Positions 31,848-40,528 are shown, counted from the first letter of the stretch. The stretch is 64,000 nucleotides of DNA from Thermoplasmata archaeon (GCA_020348445.1 CP070751.1:3184341-3248340); one strand, 5' to 3'. Numbers and translations: made by a program. The notes: generated by a model from the letters alone, not told the origin.

Positions 31848-31904
31848 ACTCAATCGCTTTTTTCATATTGGTTTCGAAAGTATTATAAACAAATTTAGAC
31901 TTTC

Positions 31905-33296
31905 TTGTTTTCGATGACACTGATTCTCAAAGCTACTTTAAAGGACGGGATTGATTCCTGGCTCATTAAGATCAATACAAAAGTGGCTCAGGAAAACAAT
32001 ATCAAAAGAAACGACATATGCGAGGTTTTTAACAGGGACAGAGGCAGCTCCCGGCATCTTAGGGTGAGGGTGGACGGTAGAATAAAATCAAACTTTGCCA
32101 TAATCAACAGGGAGACTGCTCAATTGGAGGGTGCTGCAAACAACGACCAACTGGAGATTTCAAAGGAAGAACCAGTTGAGGCCAAGGAACTGCTTGTGAG
32201 GGTGGAGATGGAGGGTGTGGAGCGCGAGGAGCAGATCAGGATCATGAGCGAGATAAATCAGAATCAGGGCGAGATTATACATAAATTCTTTAGAAAAAAG
32301 AAACCGGTTTTCAACCAGGGCCTTAAGATTTTTTGGAAAGAAAAGGACTTGAACCTTAAAATATTGAATGTGGACCCCTTTCCCTACGCTGCCTATGTTC
32401 CAGGTACGAAGGTCAGGGTAGCATTGACCTCACCCTTTAATGGTATTCTCATGGTGGATACGTCCGGTTCCATGTACAAACAGCTCATTCCCAATGAACC
32501 AGGAACGCTTAGACTCTCAGATGATCCTATTCTAAACGAACTAATGGAGAATCCAAAATATTCTATGCTCAAAGACGTGATAAATGCAATCGAGAATGAT
32601 TCGCAGGTGCCGAGGCTGTACGGTGCCCTGGGTGCAGTTCTACTCTATTTCTCTGAGAAGGCTGAGAGGGAGCTTTCTGAAAAGGTGGGATTGATAAGCT
32701 ACTCCAACAAGGCTAGGGTGGCAAGTTACAAATACAACAATGACAACAGGCTCTGGTTGCAGGTGGGAAAAGGCGGTATAACCAACTCCGATCAATACAA
32801 AGAGATGTTGGTAAAAACGCTTTTTAACTGTATAGGTGAGAACACCAAAAAGGTCACACACGGATACAATGCGTTCGTTGAGGCTTGGAAATTGTACAAA
32901 ATGATGTCCAAGGAAGGAAAGCCCCTTCCCACGATGATCGTGATATTATCTGATGGGGAGTTCAATGGAGACAAGGGTAGCTTCGCTAAATTGGAGGATG
33001 TTCAAAATGTCTCTGATAAGGTTATGGACCTCATCAACAAGGGATTTACTGGCGATAAAAGGGTCGTGATAAATGCGGTTTATATAGGCGATGACCAAAG
33101 TCCCAGGGGCCAGATAGCAATCGACACCTTGAAGAATATTACACAGGTAACCAATGGTGAATTGATCCAACCAAATCAACTGGTGGAACTTGCTAAATTC
33201 TACGAAAACGCAGCTCGCTCATTGGTATATGACCTGGGTACCAAGGAAGAATTTGATGAAGAGGATGAAGAGGAAGAAGAGGAAGTTGGGGAATAA
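31905..33296 (+). CDS. CDC48/VAT N-domain-like plus von Willebrand A fusion with acidic tail
   Basis: N-terminal ~175 aa resembles the double-psi barrel + CDC48_2 pattern (KEEPVEAKELLV; ILNVDPFPYAAYVPGTKVRV); MIDAS VDTSGS and ILSDGE; EEFDEEDEEEEEE tail; no AAA domain. Confidence 0.7.
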   Translation: MFSMTLILKATLKDGIDSWLIKINTKVAQENNIKRNDICEVFNRDRGSSRHLRVRVDGRIKSNFAIINRETAQLEGAANNDQLEISKEEPVEAKELLVRVEMEGVEREEQIRIMSEINQNQGEIIHKFFRKKKPVFNQGLKIFWKEKDLNLKILNVDPFPYAAYVPGTKVRVALTSPFNGILMVDTSGSMYKQLIPNEPGTLRLSDDPILNELMENPKYSMLKDVINAIENDSQVPRLYGALGAVLLYFSEKAERELSEKVGLISYSNKARVASYKYNNDNRLWLQVGKGGITNSDQYKEMLVKTLFNCIGENTKKVTHGYNAFVEAWKLYKMMSKEGKPLPTMIVILSDGEFNGDKGSFAKLEDVQNVSDKVMDLINKGFTGDKRVVINAVYIGDDQSPRGQIAIDTLKNITQVTNGELIQPNQLVELAKFYENAARSLVYDLGTKEEFDEEDEEEEEEVGE

Positions 33297-33344
33297 GAAC
33301 TGCAGAGCATAGATTAGGGTCCAAGTTCTGAGTGGAAAATATAT

Positions 33345-33752
33345 TTACTCTGTTTCTGAGCCTGTTTCTATAACTGTCATGAATCCACAGACATCACAGA
33401 CTATGGCCTCATCCACTGTGAAGTCGCCCACCTTCTCTGCGGTGTCCTTGATCATAACGTCCCCGATATTCAAATTCTCATACTCTTTCAGTGTCCCTTC
33501 TTTACAAAGGCTGCATTTTTTATCTGTATCTTTTCTGGGTTTTCCTGAGGTTCCCCTGAAGTATATGGATTTACAGGATTCGCACCGCCAGGGGTTGATC
33601 TTGTAGTGGATGTTGTAGATATGGGAGACCATATCTTGTGCCAGGTCCAAATCGATATTCGCAAAGTCTGTTAGGGGTAATGTGCTCATGTCAAGCTCTT
33701 TCACACTTTCCTCGGCTCCGCACCTTATGCAATTGTAGGGCATTTTGACCAC
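33345..33752 (-). CDS. Double zinc-ribbon (YgiT-like) protein
   Basis: CIRC, CESC, CSLC, CDVC. Confidence 0.8.
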   Translation of the reverse strand: MVKMPYNCIRCGAEESVKELDMSTLPLTDFANIDLDLAQDMVSHIYNIHYKINPWRCESCKSIYFRGTSGKPRKDTDKKCSLCKEGTLKEYENLNIGDVMIKDTAEKVGDFTVDEAIVCDVCGFMTVIETGSETE

Positions 33753-33862
33753 AGATATACATTAGGGCTTTTATATAAATATATTTTGCCCAGCATTAAT
33801 ACAAAAAATGGATAAAAAAAGGGCAAATCCATTATATATTTATTAAGTTGAAAAACCGGCTA

Positions 33863-34273
33863 TTAATCCTCGATTTCCTTACCAGTTTCCAACACCCTCA
33901 AAAATCCGCATTTGTCGCAGACGAGGGCCTCGTCGATGGTCAGTTCGCCCACCCTCTCGAAGGTATCTCTGACAACAAGCTCCCCTATCGCCGCATTTTC
34001 AAATTCCGCGTACTTGCCTTTCTTGCAGAGCTTGCATTTGAATTTTGTTTTATTTCGCACATTATCTCCCCTTCCCCGGAGCAAAACGCTCTGGCATGCT
34101 TCGCATCGCCACGGAGGTAAAATATACAGCACATCCAGGGTATGTTTCGGGTCCTCTGTAAATATGTTGATATTGGCATAGTCGAGTTGGGAAAACGCCT
34201 CAGTGGAAAACTCCTTGACGCTCCCTTTTTTTCCGCATGTGGGACAATCGAAAGGCATTATTTCACCATTCAT
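33863..34273 (-). CDS. Double zinc-ribbon (YgiT-like) protein, tandem paralog
   Basis: CPTC, CEAC, CKLC, CDKC; alignable end to end with 33345-33752. Confidence 0.8.
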   Translation of the reverse strand: MNGEIMPFDCPTCGKKGSVKEFSTEAFSQLDYANINIFTEDPKHTLDVLYILPPWRCEACQSVLLRGRGDNVRNKTKFKCKLCKKGKYAEFENAAIGELVVRDTFERVGELTIDEALVCDKCGFLRVLETGKEIED

Positions 34274-34339
34274 GTATCGAGGAGTATTTATTAAAAGTTT
34301 TTGAGTTGATTAAAAAGGTAAAAGGAGTGCGAGGATTGG

Positions 34340-34417
34340 GTGTGTCCGAGATTAAGATTGAAGTCGAATACTAACATAACTCGTACACAAAGCCATTTTG
34401 CGTGTGTCCGAGATTAA
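34340..34417. repeat. 16-bp direct repeat GTGTGTCCGAGATTAA, two copies
   Basis: Exact copies at 34340-34355 and 34402-34417. Confidence 0.85.
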
Positions 34418-34569
34418 TAGATATTATTGGACCTAAACATTCCCGAATTTCATTATAACGAAGTTGAGGGTGCGAGGGCCTCGTGTTCAAGTTATGCTTA
34501 TACTATGTTCGTATCTTAAGCTTGAACACAAAACCCACGCATCTTTGATTGTTGAATAATAATATACGA

Positions 34570-34653
34570 TGCGAGGGTTGGGATTTGAACCCAAGAACCT
34601 CTATGGACAGGACCCTCAATCCTGCGCCGTTGACCAAGCTTAGCTACCCTCGC
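34570..34653 (-). tRNA. tRNA-Leu (anticodon GAG), CCA not encoded
   Basis: GCGAGGG/CCCTCGC acceptor, CAGGA-TTGAGGG-TCCTG anticodon arm, long variable arm, GGTTCAAATCC T-arm. Confidence 0.95.
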
Positions 34654-34720
34654 ATTAAGGCGGATTACAGCTGATAGGATAGCTAAGCTCGCTCCCGAAG
34701 ACAAACCTATGGGTTGTTAA

Positions 34721-34820
34721 GGTGAAGGGTTGGATTCTCCAACCCTGGGCCGCAGGATATGTTTTTATTTCCGAGGGCTAAGATGGGGCCCTTGGCCGCA
34801 TCTGGCGTAGCTACCCTCGC
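34721..34820 (-). pseudogene. Degenerate tRNA-Leu-derived structured element
   Basis: Begins with the same GCGAGGGTAGCTA as the tRNA; keeps GG.CAA.GGC, TCCTG and TTGG..AATCCAACCCT blocks in order; no valid anticodon arm. Confidence 0.55.
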
Positions 34821-35102
34821 ATTTGAGGTAGTGATTAACCCTAATGGATAAGGTTGTTTAAGTCAATTGCTGTTGGTTTTTGTATTGATTTCTGGGTGGG
34901 TGCCCTTAGGCTTAAGATATCAGCTCATAACTACATAACCTAAGGGCAAAGTGGACTATGAATTAGTCATATAGGAAATGGAATAGGCCACGATGGAGGG
35001 GGTAGTGGAAGGAGGGGAGTCTAGGGAGGAGTGGGCACTAGATGTTGTAAAGAAATCCAATACCACAAACTACAAATCGATTTATCCCTATACGGGAAAT
35101 TC

Positions 35103-35780
35103 ATGCCCGAGCAAGAAGAAAAGGAGCTGAAATTCGAGTTCATAAAGGCCTTCAGCTTACCTGATGCATGGTACCAGTGCCTAACCAGAATCTTTGAAAG
35201 CGGCCATGAATACACAATAGACAGGGGAAGCTATGAAGGTCAAAAACGCTTGGAATTTGATTACATAACAGTGCAGATCACCCATCCATTTGTCAAGCCC
35301 CTGGTACCTGACATCCCAGAAGGACTTGGCGTTCCGCCTCCGTCCTCAATTGAGTATGTGGAGAAGTACCTGGAGAAGATCATTACCTCTGTAAAAAGCC
35401 CTGAGGAGGATTATACATACGGAGAGGACCTGGAGAGGCAGATTCCCCATGTCATAGAGATGTATAAAAGAGATGGCTTTGGAACAAACCAGGCCTACAT
35501 GGCCGTGGGAAATGCAGATTCCCTGCTTTTAAATGACCCACAATGCCTTAGGGGAGTGGACACCAGAATCAGGTACGGCAAGCTCAATTTCATGCTGTAT
35601 TTCAGGTCCTGGGACCTGTGGGCGGGCTTTCCTTCTAATCTGGCCGCTCTTCAAATGGTAAAGGAGTACATGGCAAAGGAGGTAGGGGTTGAGGATGGGG
35701 AAATCATAGCCTCAAGCAAGGGCTTGCACCTCTACGACTACGCCTGGGATATGGCAAAAAAACGTCTTAGGAAAATCTAA
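35103..35780 (+). CDS. thyA: Thymidylate synthase, short archaeal-type
   Basis: YTYGE, PQC, YFRSWD...N, HLY motifs; start moved to ATG 35103. Confidence 0.82.
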   Translation: MPEQEEKELKFEFIKAFSLPDAWYQCLTRIFESGHEYTIDRGSYEGQKRLEFDYITVQITHPFVKPLVPDIPEGLGVPPPSSIEYVEKYLEKIITSVKSPEEDYTYGEDLERQIPHVIEMYKRDGFGTNQAYMAVGNADSLLLNDPQCLRGVDTRIRYGKLNFMLYFRSWDLWAGFPSNLAALQMVKEYMAKEVGVEDGEIIASSKGLHLYDYAWDMAKKRLRKI

Positions 35781-35798
35781 AATCCATTGAAAAAAGAT

Positions 35799-35835
35799 AC
35801 CTACTTGAAAACCGGATGCTGATTTCCAAGTAGGT
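35799..35835. terminator. Hairpin downstream of thyA
   Basis: ACCTACTTG / CAAGTAGGT 9-bp inverted repeat; followed by a T-run when read on the minus strand. Confidence 0.45.
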
Positions 35836-36174
35836 GCGGATTTTGCCCACGCCGCTCCTAAGTTCCTTTTATAACAAATATGTGGGGTTGGGTACTCAGA
35901 AGTGCGATATTTGAGATTAATACTGTATCTACTACTTAACGGTTTTAGAACAATTTTTGAACATTATTAGGGATACTATCCCAAATTGTACAAGATTGTT
36001 AATGCAAGAATTAAGATTTTTTTTATCTCGGCACTTTTACAATTTCTTTTAAAAAGCCAGGCATGACTTTTTGGCTTCTACTTTCATTTTCCTCTGCCTT
36101 TCATCTTTAATAATAATCCCCCCTATAGTAACCTTTGCCTACATAGAAGAAAAACGGTAGGAGGTGTAAAACGC

Positions 36175-36291
36175 ATGTTTATTGTGCCCAAAAATAGAGG
36201 TTATGTCCTTCTGACATCTTTCCAGGCCTTAAGACATCTGGCCATGGAAACTGTTGAGGAGTACTACAATGGCTGGAAGCTGATTGAATAA
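36175..36291 (+). CDS. Putative 38-aa small protein (not in track)
   Basis: SD AGGAGGTG upstream; MFIVPKNRGYVLLTSFQALRHLAMETVEEYYNGWKLIE. Confidence 0.45.
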   Translation: MFIVPKNRGYVLLTSFQALRHLAMETVEEYYNGWKLIE

Positions 36292-36376
36292 TGATTTTAA
36301 TTGGAATCATCTAGACTTATTTTCCGTAATATAATCTCATTATATTAGCTGAAAACACGGTTAAAACAAATTCCCC

Positions 36377-37150
36377 TCAACTTGCTTTAAGGTCCTCTTC
36401 AAAAAAGCTCTCGTCCACAATGAGCACATTCTTTGGTGCGTGTGCGCCATCGATGAATCCGAACCAGTAGACCACGATACCCTGCCCAAATATTTCTGTA
36501 TATGCCTTAAGCTGTCTTTTGGTATTTCTTCGAATTTCAGTCTCGTCACCGAAGCTGGCTTTTGACTCGATCCATTTTATGCTCATTCCATTTGTCTGAA
36601 GGGGTTTGGAAAGGAGTGCATCAGGAGTTTTTGAATACTGGCCCTTTAACTCGTTTTCAGTTTTATATTTCAAGTTCTGTTTGTCCAGCCACTCACAAAG
36701 CCTCCGCTCCCCCATTTTACCTCTTTTATACTGCATCTCGTTTCCCTCGGGGGAGTACACTATGTCTTTTTCAACAATCTCTGATATCTCCTTTCGCATA
36801 CGGTTATCCTTGATATTTTCGGGATTTTTAACTAAATCCCAGAATCGTTTTCTTGTGATGTTGTTTTCCAAAAGGATCAGATATGCCGTTAAAATAGGGG
36901 GAAATTTTAATTCCCGGGAAAGAGAAAGAAATGATCTACCCTCATTCCATTTTTTAAGGAGGCTCTTGGCACGATGTTTCACCTTATAAAAGCGTCTTGT
37001 AGCCAATCTTACGGTCTTCTGGGTGTAGAGCACCAAAACCAATTCCCGATCCAGGCCGGTGTTCTTTGCTACTCGATCAATATCACCCAGGTTATTGAGT
37101 TCATCGTACAATCGTTTGTATTCACTTTTTTTCATCGAAACACTTTCCAA
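36377..37150 (-). CDS. C15orf41/CDIN1-like (TPD domain) PD-(D/E)xK nuclease
   Basis: GE..L..W, KTPDALL, WIESKASFGD, QL..Y...FG.G.VVYWFGF. Confidence 0.85.
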   Translation of the reverse strand: MESVSMKKSEYKRLYDELNNLGDIDRVAKNTGLDRELVLVLYTQKTVRLATRRFYKVKHRAKSLLKKWNEGRSFLSLSRELKFPPILTAYLILLENNITRKRFWDLVKNPENIKDNRMRKEISEIVEKDIVYSPEGNEMQYKRGKMGERRLCEWLDKQNLKYKTENELKGQYSKTPDALLSKPLQTNGMSIKWIESKASFGDETEIRRNTKRQLKAYTEIFGQGIVVYWFGFIDGAHAPKNVLIVDESFFEEDLKAS

Positions 37151-37314
37151 ATAAAAAGTGCATTTGCCTATTTTCTGGTCGTAGATTTAGATATGAGCTT
37201 AACGTATAAGAATATTTCTGGTTATTTATCTTTCTAATCCTTTCACTCACCCCCCTCCCGCAAATATATAAGCAGACACAGCATTGGGGTTGTGAGACAA
37301 TTCCTATATAGAAA

Positions 37315-38652
37315 ATGGAGGAATCTGAAATGAAAGAAAATGAAGATATTGCACCCCATGTTGAGGATATCGCAAGGGTGCTAGGTGACAAAGTTGATAA
37401 AGAAGAAATAGACAGGGAGTTGAAGCAGTACTTGAAAGAATACAGGATACCTCTTTCCACTGCAAAGCAGATGCTTGTAAAGAAGTACGGTGGTGCACCA
37501 TCGAATCTGGGTCTTGGTGTATTCAAAACCGTAGAGCAGCTTACACCCAACGAGCCCAGCGTGGATTTGCTTTGTAGATTAATCTCAGTGAACCACAAAG
37601 ATGTGGAAGTGGGCGGAGAGAAGAAACCCATAGTATATGGTATCCTTGGAGATCAAACAGCCAGTGTTCCGTTTACAGCGTGGGAGGTAGGTGATTGGCA
37701 GTTTCAGAAGGGGGATGTGGTTCGTGTCCGCAACGCCTACACAAAGGAATGGAAGGGGCAGCCACAACTTAATTTCGGCGAGAGAACGAATATAGAACGG
37801 GAATCAAAGGATGCACTGCCGAACTTCGCACCCACACCGATCTCGGATCCAAAGAAATATGAGGTCAAGGACCTTAAGGGGGGAATGAGCAACATATCCC
37901 TTGTTGCTAGGGTGCTTTTTGTTGAAAAGCGTAATGTGAATGTTGGTGGAGAGGAAAAAGCCGTTTTCTCGGGAATAATGGCAGATAAGAGCGGTAAGGT
38001 ACAGTTCTCGGCATGGCACGACTTCGGGCTTTCAGAAGGTGATGTGATCAAAGTGGAAGGCGGCTATGTGAAAAACTGGCGGGGAATTCCCCAGTTCGGC
38101 TTCGATGAGAGAGTAAAATTTGAGGTTTTGGATACAGATAAGATGCCCCCACTAGACGAACTTGCAGAAAGACACGTCTATCAGATAGGAGAACTCATCG
38201 ATAGGGGCGGAGCAATCGATGTAGTCGTTGAGGGTGTTATAATTGACATCAAGAGTGGAAGCGGATTGATATTCAGGTGCCCGGAGTGCAAGCGAGTGCT
38301 CCAAAAAGGCGTTTGCAGAATCCACGGTGAGGTTGAGGGTAAAGCCGATTTAAGGATCAAGGCTGTGCTGGATGATGGAACCGGCGCGTTAACTGCTGTA
38401 TTGGGTAGAGACATAACTGAAAAGCTCATTGGAAAAGATGTAAAGGAATGCAGGGAAATCGCCAAGAAGGCCATGGATCAGAGTGTGATTGCGGATGATC
38501 TCAAGGACCTTCTTATCGCAACGCCCATCAGAATCTCGGGTGATGCGTCCTTCGATGATTTTGGCATCATGTTGATAGCAAAAGATGCACAAATGATGAG
38601 TATCGACGTGCAAAAAGAAGCAAAAACCATGCTCGATGAGCTGGAGGTGTGA
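37315..38652 (+). CDS. rpa: Replication protein A, large subunit (OB folds + zinc finger)
   Basis: Repeated OB folds (GILGDQTASVPFTAW; DKSGKVQFSAW), CPEC...C.IH, KAVLDDGTG. Confidence 0.9.
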   Translation: MEESEMKENEDIAPHVEDIARVLGDKVDKEEIDRELKQYLKEYRIPLSTAKQMLVKKYGGAPSNLGLGVFKTVEQLTPNEPSVDLLCRLISVNHKDVEVGGEKKPIVYGILGDQTASVPFTAWEVGDWQFQKGDVVRVRNAYTKEWKGQPQLNFGERTNIERESKDALPNFAPTPISDPKKYEVKDLKGGMSNISLVARVLFVEKRNVNVGGEEKAVFSGIMADKSGKVQFSAWHDFGLSEGDVIKVEGGYVKNWRGIPQFGFDERVKFEVLDTDKMPPLDELAERHVYQIGELIDRGGAIDVVVEGVIIDIKSGSGLIFRCPECKRVLQKGVCRIHGEVEGKADLRIKAVLDDGTGALTAVLGRDITEKLIGKDVKECREIAKKAMDQSVIADDLKDLLIATPIRISGDASFDDFGIMLIAKDAQMMSIDVQKEAKTMLDELEV

Positions 38653-39536
38653 TCATGATCGCAAGAGAGGTGGCATGGCGTATTTTTGCAGGCGAATACA
38701 ATTCATCCATCCATGTGGAATCAGGGGTGGGGGAAAGGGCACCCAGCTACGTTGTCACGCCCTTGGGAGCAAAGGTAAATCGGCTGTTTGTTGTGGGTGT
38801 GGTAACGGATGTCGAGAATATCGGTACTGATACTGAACCCATGTGGAGGGCAAGACTCGCTGATCCCACAGGAGTATTCTTTCTCTCCGCCGGTCAATAC
38901 CAACCAGAGGCTGCACAGATACTGTCCAAACTCAAACCTCCTAAGTTCGTTGCAGTTATAGGGAAAAGCCGTACCTATTCTCCAGAGGAGGGAGTGATAT
39001 ACGTTTCCATAAGGCCTGAAACCATCAAAGAGGTCAATTCAGAACTTAGGGATTTTTGGGTGTTGAACTCGTGCAGGAGCCTCAAGAAGAGGCTGGAAAT
39101 CGTAAGCGAAGCAATGAAGATGGAAAAGCCAAGCATCGAGAACATAATCTCCCTTGGTGCGGACAGAAACCTTGCCGAGGGCATTATGTCAGCAATCGAG
39201 CACTACGATTACATCGACATCGCTAGGTTCAGCAGCATGCTCCAAGACGGTCTAAAACACCTTCTACCCGAGCATCAAGAAATCGACGGGGGAGAAGGAG
39301 TAGAAGCAGAAGAGCGGCAAAACAAGGAGTCCGAAGACAACATCGAGAACGAGGAGAAATTCCTTGAGATCATAGAAGAATTGGACAAAGATGTTAAGGG
39401 CGCCGCCTGGGAGGAAATCATGGAAATGGCCCAAAAAAAGGGATTGAGTAGGATACAGATCGAGGAAACCACAAATTCCCTATTGGACAAGGGCCTGATA
39501 TACGAACCTGTGCTTGGTAGGATTAAAAAGATATAG
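38649..39536 (+). CDS. RPA-associated protein (OB fold + C-terminal winged helix)
   Basis: REVAWRIFAGE..., LADPTG, LLDKGLIYEP; overlaps the rpa stop codon. Confidence 0.88.
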   Translation: MIMIAREVAWRIFAGEYNSSIHVESGVGERAPSYVVTPLGAKVNRLFVVGVVTDVENIGTDTEPMWRARLADPTGVFFLSAGQYQPEAAQILSKLKPPKFVAVIGKSRTYSPEEGVIYVSIRPETIKEVNSELRDFWVLNSCRSLKKRLEIVSEAMKMEKPSIENIISLGADRNLAEGIMSAIEHYDYIDIARFSSMLQDGLKHLLPEHQEIDGGEGVEAEERQNKESEDNIENEEKFLEIIEELDKDVKGAAWEEIMEMAQKKGLSRIQIEETTNSLLDKGLIYEPVLGRIKKI

Positions 39537-39550
39537 TTAATAGAATAACA

Positions 39551-40528
39551 TTATGTCCGTGCAGCCCACTCCTTTAGAGGGAAGGTTTCACCGCAGCTTT
39601 TGCATTCTACACCATCAGTGAGTTCTTTTTCGCATGCATCGCATTTTTCCTTTCCGTATAAGGCCATGCTTCCACAGTGAGTACAAGGCAGAACATAGGC
39701 CTCTGAAGTGACACACCAACCAAAGTTCTGGATGTTATTGCATGATGGGCATGATTTCTTCTCTACTTTCAATTTGGTGCCGCATTCAGGGCACATGTTT
39801 CTTACCTTTGCCACTTTTTTCTTCAAGACCTTTGACTTATCGAAAATGAATTTCGTTGCAGGAGATTCTGGCAAATCTTCAACGGTCCAGTTCAGACTTC
39901 TGTCCGGAAGCCAAAGAATATAGACCAAAAGGAAGGCAATTATTGGTTCAAGTACCATATAAAATTGAATTTCTCCCCCACCCGAATCCACCCAAAGAGA
40001 CCAGCTGATAATTGATAAAACTGAAAAGGCCATGAAAAACATCACGCTGATACTCCAGAACCCAAGGGGTAGATATTCCTCTTTTTGAGCAACTGTATCT
40101 CGCGTCTTTTTTACGCTCTGGACGATGTGAAACGCCATATAAAACGCAGCTATTATGAAGAAGATACCAATCAAGATGGGAAGGGATATTCCAAAGACGT
40201 TTAGGTAGTCATACCAAAAAAAAAGGAGTATAACACCGAAAGCCGAGATACCATAACAGGCATATAATAGAAAACTGTAGGGCCAGGTATTTGGAAATGC
40301 GAAATATATGCAAAGAAGGGCACCGCCACCCAATGCAGCCCACAAAACAGCAGAAATAAGACCGGGCTGTAAACCAAAATAAAGGGATAAAAGCACGCAT
40401 ACAAAGGTTGCTATAACCAGTTGATCTTCGGTTTTATCCAGGGAAAGAAATCCAGCTCCCTCAAACTTTACCATTAATATCGGCGAGTATACCGATAAGA
40501 TTGTATTAATGAATTTCGGTGAAGGCAC
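39551..40528 (-). CDS. Multi-TM membrane protein with C-terminal zinc ribbons
   Basis: About 6 TM helices then CPEC, CPSC, CTHC, CDAC, CKSC. Confidence 0.75.
   Translation of the reverse strand: MPSPKFINTILSVYSPILMVKFEGAGFLSLDKTEDQLVIATFVCVLLSLYFGLQPGLISAVLWAALGGGALLCIYFAFPNTWPYSFLLYACYGISAFGVILLFFWYDYLNVFGISLPILIGIFFIIAAFYMAFHIVQSVKKTRDTVAQKEEYLPLGFWSISVMFFMAFSVLSIISWSLWVDSGGGEIQFYMVLEPIIAFLLVYILWLPDRSLNWTVEDLPESPATKFIFDKSKVLKKKVAKVRNMCPECGTKLKVEKKSCPSCNNIQNFGWCVTSEAYVLPCTHCGSMALYGKEKCDACEKELTDGVECKSCGETFPLKEWAART

Noticed and set aside
34340-34417. Possible CRISPR mini-array
   Set aside because: Only two 16-bp copies, too short, no cas genes in the window
34655-34830. SRP RNA, RNase P RNA or 5S rRNA
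   Set aside because: GC-rich and structured, but lacks the SRP helix-8 motif, the RNase P GAGGAAAGUCC motif and 5S signatures
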